Assembly (NCBI GenBank): GCA_040385365.1
Contig: JAZKHL010000112.1
Coordinates: 1,543 to 65,542 of the forward strand
Source of the DNA: Pseudomonadota bacterium
GTDB lineage: Bacteria > Pseudomonadota > Alphaproteobacteria > Caulobacterales > Caulobacteraceae
Direction: 5' to 3'
DNA: 64,000 nucleotides
The translations under genes and the position numbers were made by a program. Positions 57,904-64,000 of the stretch are shown piece by piece; position 1 is the first letter of the stretch, and the number at the start of each line of letters is the position of its first letter. A model generated the notes under the pieces. That model was given only the letters and a program-made list of their open reading frames with translations, searched no databases and had not been told where the DNA came from.

Positions 57904-58697
57904 CGGCTGGTCTCCACCTCCTGGATGAATCGGTCGACCTCAGCATTGGCGCGATCCGCTGCACCAACGAAATAGTTGTGGCCCAGGTCCTGGAAGGTAA
58001 CGAGGCGAGCGTTAGGCAGCATTTCGGAAAGTCGCTTGCCGGCCTCATAGGGCACGGCCTTGTCCTGGGTGCCGTGCAAGACGATGGAGGGTAGCTTCAC
58101 CGCGGCGACTTCTTGTGGAGTCACGGAATAGTCGATGATCGCGTGGCTCTGGGCGATCACGCCCTTCATGGAGAATGGATCATTCTTGAGCGCGACCCGG
58201 TCGCGCGCGATGGCGTCGTCTGGTGCGGCATCTCCATAGCCACCCTTATTCTCCTTCGAAGCGAAGGCGGCGAGGAGTGGCATCAGCCGATACAGGATGC
58301 TCACCAGCCATTTCGGGCGAGGCGGGATGTCAGGCGTCTTGGCCATGGTGCAGCCAAGGATCAGGGAGAGGGCATGCTGGGGATAGCGGATGCCGAACTC
58401 CAGGGCGATGCCGCCGCCCATGGAGACGCCGTAGACGTGGGCACTGTCCAAGCCAGCCGCCCTGAGCACGTTGAGCGCATCCGACGTCATCTCGGCCACG
58501 GAAGTTCTAGCGCGCGTGCCGCTCTTTCCTGTGCCCTCATTGTCGAACCAGATCAGATGGTAACGGCCCTTGAAAGCCTCGAAAACCGGGTACCACATGG
58601 CCGAGGAATACCGATGCCCCATGATCAGCAACAGGGGCGTACCTGAGCCGCTTTGATCCCAGTGGATACGCGTGCCGTTGCTGATGATCTCGGGCAT
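57900..58697 (-). CDS. Alpha/beta hydrolase (esterase/lactonase-like)
   Basis: 'GVSMGG' nucleophile elbow, 'HGTQD', 'LGH'; stop overlaps GH2 start. Confidence 0.85.
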   Translation of the reverse strand: MPEIISNGTRIHWDQSGSGTPLLLIMGHRYSSAMWYPVFEAFKGRYHLIWFDNEGTGKSGTRARTSVAEMTSDALNVLRAAGLDSAHVYGVSMGGGIALEFGIRYPQHALSLILGCTMAKTPDIPPRPKWLVSILYRLMPLLAAFASKENKGGYGDAAPDDAIARDRVALKNDPFSMKGVIAQSHAIIDYSVTPQEVAAVKLPSIVLHGTQDKAVPYEAGKRLSEMLPNARLVTFQDLGHNYFVGAADRANAEVDRFIQEVETSR

Positions 58698-58790
58698 TTC
58701 ATCGTCCTTCTGCTGCGCCTGGGCACAGCTTTTTCCTCCAGCGCTCTACGACGCCGTGATGCCAATGCATCCCATCGAAGAACCTTCGAT

Positions 58791-58824
58791 GTCAATATTC
58801 GCTCGCGTGTGAATGAGTGTTGAC
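58791..58824. promoter_or_regulatory. Divergent promoter region with palindromic operator (TetR candidate)
   Basis: GTCAA...TTGAC outward-facing -35-like elements flanking ATTCGCTCGCGTGTGAAT (58797-58814). Confidence 0.5.
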
Positions 58825-58905
58825 TGGACGTCAGATCGGTGATCATTCTCCCGGCACGGCGACGATAGATCGTCAGGGAAACGCATTTACCGAGGGAGGC
58901 TACCC

Positions 58906-61065
58906 ATGGCTGGAAAGCTCTGGCTCACGACATCCGCCGCTGTCCTGCTGTGGGCGGGTACCGCTAACGCGCAGACCGCTCCATCGAACGACGAGCAGGC
59001 AAGCACGCTGGACGAGGTGGTCGTCACGGCTGAACGTCGCACGTCCAACCTGCAGACGACCGCCGTTGCTGCGTCCGTGCTGAGCGGCGAGGAGCTTCAG
59101 AACAAGGGCGTCACCAACATCGAGACACTGCAGTTCTCCGTACCCTCGGTCACGGTTCAGAATTCGGGTCAAGGCAACAGCTTCAACATTCGCGGCATCG
59201 GCAAGACTGAGAACAGCTCCTCGGTCGGCGTGGGCGTGATCACCTATCGCGACGGGGTCGCGGTGTTCCCTGCCTATTTCCAGAACGAGCCCTTCTTCGA
59301 CATTCAGAGCCTGGAAGTGCTGCGCGGGCCGCAGGGCACCTTCGCCGGCCAGAACGCCACCGGGGGCGCGGTCTTCATCACCGAGCGCAACCCCGACATG
59401 AACGGCTTTGGCGGTTACGTCACAGGCCAGTACGGCAACTACAACGACATCCGAATCCAGGGTGCGGTCAACATTCCGCTCGGCGAAGGACTGGCCGCGC
59501 GCATTGCAGCCAACCACGAGACCCGCGACAGCTTCTACGACGTCATCGGAACGCCTACGCGCGGCCGCCCAGGCGTGTTGGATACGAAAAGCGTCCGCGG
59601 CAGCCTGCTTTGGCAGCCGACTGACAGACTGCGCGTCCTGTTGAAAAGTGACTACACCTTCCACGACATGGGGGGCTATCCGACCAGCCCAACCTTCTCG
59701 ACACTGCCGCTGCACACGATCGCCACGAATGGACCTTACGCGGCCACGGACGAAACGAGCCGAACGGTGCTGAACGCCAGCTACCAGTTCGGCAACGGCA
59801 TCACCCTGCGGTCGATCACCGGGGCTCAGTACGGAACAACCTACATCCGGGCGGACTCCGACGGTACGGCCACTCTGCCCTTCAGCTTCTACGATGAGGT
59901 CGAACAGCGACTGCTGTCGCAGGAACTCACCCTGGTCTCGCCGGACACTGGCCGGCTGACCTGGATCCTGGGAGCCTATTACCAGGACGACCTGATCACT
60001 TTCCCGCCTGGTCAGTTCGTCACGACCCAGTATGTCGCACCGACGCTGCCGATCCTCTACGACACTCTGCTCGAGGGCGATAATCCCAAGACCACCGCCG
60101 CCGTTTTCGGTCAGGTCACATATGACCTGACCGACGCGTTGGAGCTGCAGGTCGGGGCCCGATATACCCAGTCGACGGTGGAAAACCACGCCCGCCTGGC
60201 CGCACCGTTGCTGGGTCTGGCGCTGACCCAGAATGACCGCGACGAGGAGACCGCCGGCACCGGCAAGATCGCGCTTAACTGGACTTTGGACGAGGACAAC
60301 TTTCTCTATGCTTTCGTTGCTCGCGGCCACAAGGCGGGCGGTCTGAATGGACCCAACCTTGCCTTCGTGCCACCCAAGGCGTTTGAGGGCGAAGACGTCA
60401 CGGACTTCGAGGCAGGCTGGAAGGCTACGCTGTTCGACGGCCATGTCCGAACCCAGCTGGGCGCCTACTACAACATCTACCAGAATTTCCAGATCACCAT
60501 CGGCGACCCGACGAACGCGTCGTTCACTTCAGTTCTAAATGTCACCGACGACACGATCATCTATGGTCTGGAGGCCTCGGCCCAGGGTCGGTTTGGTCCG
60601 TTGGCGTTCGATGCAGGCCTGTCAGTCTCCCATTCGGAGCTCGGCACGTTCTTCGCCGCCGATCCGCGCCGTGCCCGCACGGGCTTGTGCGATCAGAACA
60701 CTGGCCCGGCCAGCGGCAACTGCGTCAATGTGGAGGGCAACGCCCAGTCCTTCGCGCCGGAACTGACGGTCAGCGGCGGCGTGGAGTACGCGTTCAATCT
60801 GGGCGCGGGCACCCTGACGCCACGCATCGACTACAGCCACATCGGCGAAAGCTTTGTCAGCATCTTCGCCAATGCGGCGCTGGGCGACCGATTGGAAGAG
60901 CGGGACATCGTAAACGCCCAGCTGACCTATGAGCAGGACGACTGGAAGCTGCAGGCCTATTCGACCAACCTGGGCGATCTAGACTACATCGCCTCGGTGA
61001 AGGGCGGGCAGCGATATGCCGGTGCGCCCCGTCAATATGGCGTTCGCCTGACCCGCAACTTCTAG
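58906..61065 (+). CDS. TonB-dependent receptor
   Basis: 'LDEVVVTAERR', 'LEVLRGPQGTFAGQNATGGA', C-terminal 'PRQYGVRLTRNF'. Confidence 0.92.
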   Translation: MAGKLWLTTSAAVLLWAGTANAQTAPSNDEQASTLDEVVVTAERRTSNLQTTAVAASVLSGEELQNKGVTNIETLQFSVPSVTVQNSGQGNSFNIRGIGKTENSSSVGVGVITYRDGVAVFPAYFQNEPFFDIQSLEVLRGPQGTFAGQNATGGAVFITERNPDMNGFGGYVTGQYGNYNDIRIQGAVNIPLGEGLAARIAANHETRDSFYDVIGTPTRGRPGVLDTKSVRGSLLWQPTDRLRVLLKSDYTFHDMGGYPTSPTFSTLPLHTIATNGPYAATDETSRTVLNASYQFGNGITLRSITGAQYGTTYIRADSDGTATLPFSFYDEVEQRLLSQELTLVSPDTGRLTWILGAYYQDDLITFPPGQFVTTQYVAPTLPILYDTLLEGDNPKTTAAVFGQVTYDLTDALELQVGARYTQSTVENHARLAAPLLGLALTQNDRDEETAGTGKIALNWTLDEDNFLYAFVARGHKAGGLNGPNLAFVPPKAFEGEDVTDFEAGWKATLFDGHVRTQLGAYYNIYQNFQITIGDPTNASFTSVLNVTDDTIIYGLEASAQGRFGPLAFDAGLSVSHSELGTFFAADPRRARTGLCDQNTGPASGNCVNVEGNAQSFAPELTVSGGVEYAFNLGAGTLTPRIDYSHIGESFVSIFANAALGDRLEERDIVNAQLTYEQDDWKLQAYSTNLGDLDYIASVKGGQRYAGAPRQYGVRLTRNF

Positions 61066-61080
61066 TCAGCGAACGTAACA

Positions 61081-62673
<1,593 letters not shown>

Positions 62674-62743
62674 GATGGCCCCTCTTTCTCTAGCAGCACC
62701 GCGGCCGGCCTCGCGTCCGCGTGTGCGCATCAAGGCCGCGCCC

Positions 62744-63466
62744 ATGACGACATCGCCCAAGCCCACCCCAGCCAGACCCGCACGTCGCTCCAAGGCCGAG
62801 CAGCGGGCTGCCAGTCTGGAGCAGATGCTCGATGCGGCTGAAGAGTTGTTTTCGCAGCACGGCCTACATGGCGTGACGCTAAAGGACGTGGCCCATAAGA
62901 TCGGGGTCCACACCTCGCTGATGCATTATTATTTTGCCGACAAGAAGGACCTCTTCGATCAGGTCGTGAAGCGGCGCGCACCCATCACGATCGATCGCCG
63001 AATGGAAGCGCTCGATCGGTACGAGATCGAGTGCAAGGGCAAACCCACGGTCGAAGGCGCGCTGCACGCCTACCTGGACACCGACCTGGACACCTACATC
63101 AAAGGCGGCGACGGCTGGCGCAACTATGGAGCGCTGGGTGCCCAGATCAACAACACCCCTGCCTGGGGCGCTGAACTGATGGACAGTCTTTTCGATCCCA
63201 TCGTGCTGCGTCTGATCGGTTTCCTGAAGCGGGCAATGCCAGATGCCGCCGAAGAAGACATCTTCTGGGGCTACCACTTCGTCACGGGCGCCTTGACCCT
63301 CACGCTCGCGCGAACCGGCCGCATCGACCTCCTTTCCGGAGGCCTGTGCCATTCCGAGGACTTCGAGGCGGTGAAAGCCCGAATGGCGACTTTCATGGCC
63401 GGGGGTTTCATCGCCTCGTGTCAGTCGCGCGGCGCTGCTCGAGAGGCGGAGGCTAGGCGTGAGTGA
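62744..63466 (+). CDS. TetR-family transcriptional regulator
   Basis: 'MLDAAEELFSQHGLHGVTLKDVAHKIGV..SLMHYYFADKKDLF'; start 62744 or 62675. Confidence 0.9.
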   Translation: MTTSPKPTPARPARRSKAEQRAASLEQMLDAAEELFSQHGLHGVTLKDVAHKIGVHTSLMHYYFADKKDLFDQVVKRRAPITIDRRMEALDRYEIECKGKPTVEGALHAYLDTDLDTYIKGGDGWRNYGALGAQINNTPAWGAELMDSLFDPIVLRLIGFLKRAMPDAAEEDIFWGYHFVTGALTLTLARTGRIDLLSGGLCHSEDFEAVKARMATFMAGGFIASCQSRGAAREAEARRE

Positions 63467-64000
63467 GATCGAAGGATTCCCCATCGCCGATCGTCCCGAG
63501 GATTTAGGCTTCGACAGCAGTCGCCTAAAAAAGCTCGACGACTACATGGCCAAGATGGTCGCGGTCGGCCGGGTCGCCGGCGTATCCACTCTGATCCTTC
63601 GCCATGGCAAAGTCGCCGCGTTTAAGACCCATGGCTCGGCCGTGCTCGGCAGTGAAGCACCACTGAGCCCTGACGCGGTCTTCCGCATCTATTCGATGAC
63701 CAAGCCGATAGCGGCGACGGCCATGATGATCCTGTTCGAGGAAGGCCACTGGGTCCTCGACGATCCGATCACGAAATTCATTCCAGAGTTCGCCGACCTG
63801 AAGGTCTGCGCCGGCATCGGCCCCGACGGCGAGATGATCCTCGAGGCCGCCAAGCGCCCGCCGACGATGCGAGAGGTGATGAGCCACACGGCCGGTTTCG
63901 CCTATGGCCTGTTCCCCGACCACCATCCGCTGGAGCGCGCCTATCTCGCAAACAGCATCGCGCGGCCGGACGGCGCACAGGCCTTCATCGACAGGGTCGC
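63459..64000 (+). CDS. Serine hydrolase (beta-lactamase fold, family VIII esterase), 3'-truncated by window edge; absent from ORF track
   Basis: GTG 63459 translates ..PEDLGFDSSRLKKLD..FRIYSMTKPI..LDDPITKFIPEF..HTAGFAYG; SxxK motif. Confidence 0.85.
   Translation, partial: MSEIEGFPIADRPEDLGFDSSRLKKLDDYMAKMVAVGRVAGVSTLILRHGKVAAFKTHGSAVLGSEAPLSPDAVFRIYSMTKPIAATAMMILFEEGHWVLDDPITKFIPEFADLKVCAGIGPDGEMILEAAKRPPTMREVMSHTAGFAYGLFPDHHPLERAYLANSIARPDGAQAFIDRV

Overview
High-GC alphaproteobacterial chromosome segment; gene content points to Caulobacteraceae (Brevundimonas-like). In order: (1) holdfast polysaccharide cluster (hfsA-hfsB converging on hfsE-hfsF-hfsG plus a GT2, 1-6.9 kb); (2) a KaiC-like double ATPase and a sensor-less hybrid histidine kinase divergent from hfsE (7-10.2 kb); (3) a rearranged Weimberg xylose pathway with XylR and its operator, merged with pectin enzymes (two PL10, CE12, a 1003-aa lyase-like protein, two GH43, a large TonB-dependent receptor; 10.2-33.8 kb); (4) the 3' stump of a deleted TonB-dependent receptor (34.1-34.3 kb); (5) an esterase/polyol dehydrogenase/fructokinase/2-hydroxy-acid dehydrogenase/TBDR locus with a repeated operator (34.5-47.4 kb); (6) an ElpS-like lipoprotein-TBDR pair with a Pho-box-like array, lying between an orphan IS6-type end and an IS6 element (47.6-53.6 kb); (7) a TetR-associated locus combining a signal-less GH2 beta-mannosidase, three esterases, acyl-CoA ligase, enoyl-CoA hydratase and a TBDR (53.7-64 kb, continues past the edge). 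Best candidates for an undescribed system are loci 7 and 5 (possible catabolism of acylated mannoside/polyol glycolipids) and locus 3 (possible xylogalacturonan use). No tRNA, rRNA or CRISPR array was seen. All calls come from motif recognition and recalled similarity; no searches were run.
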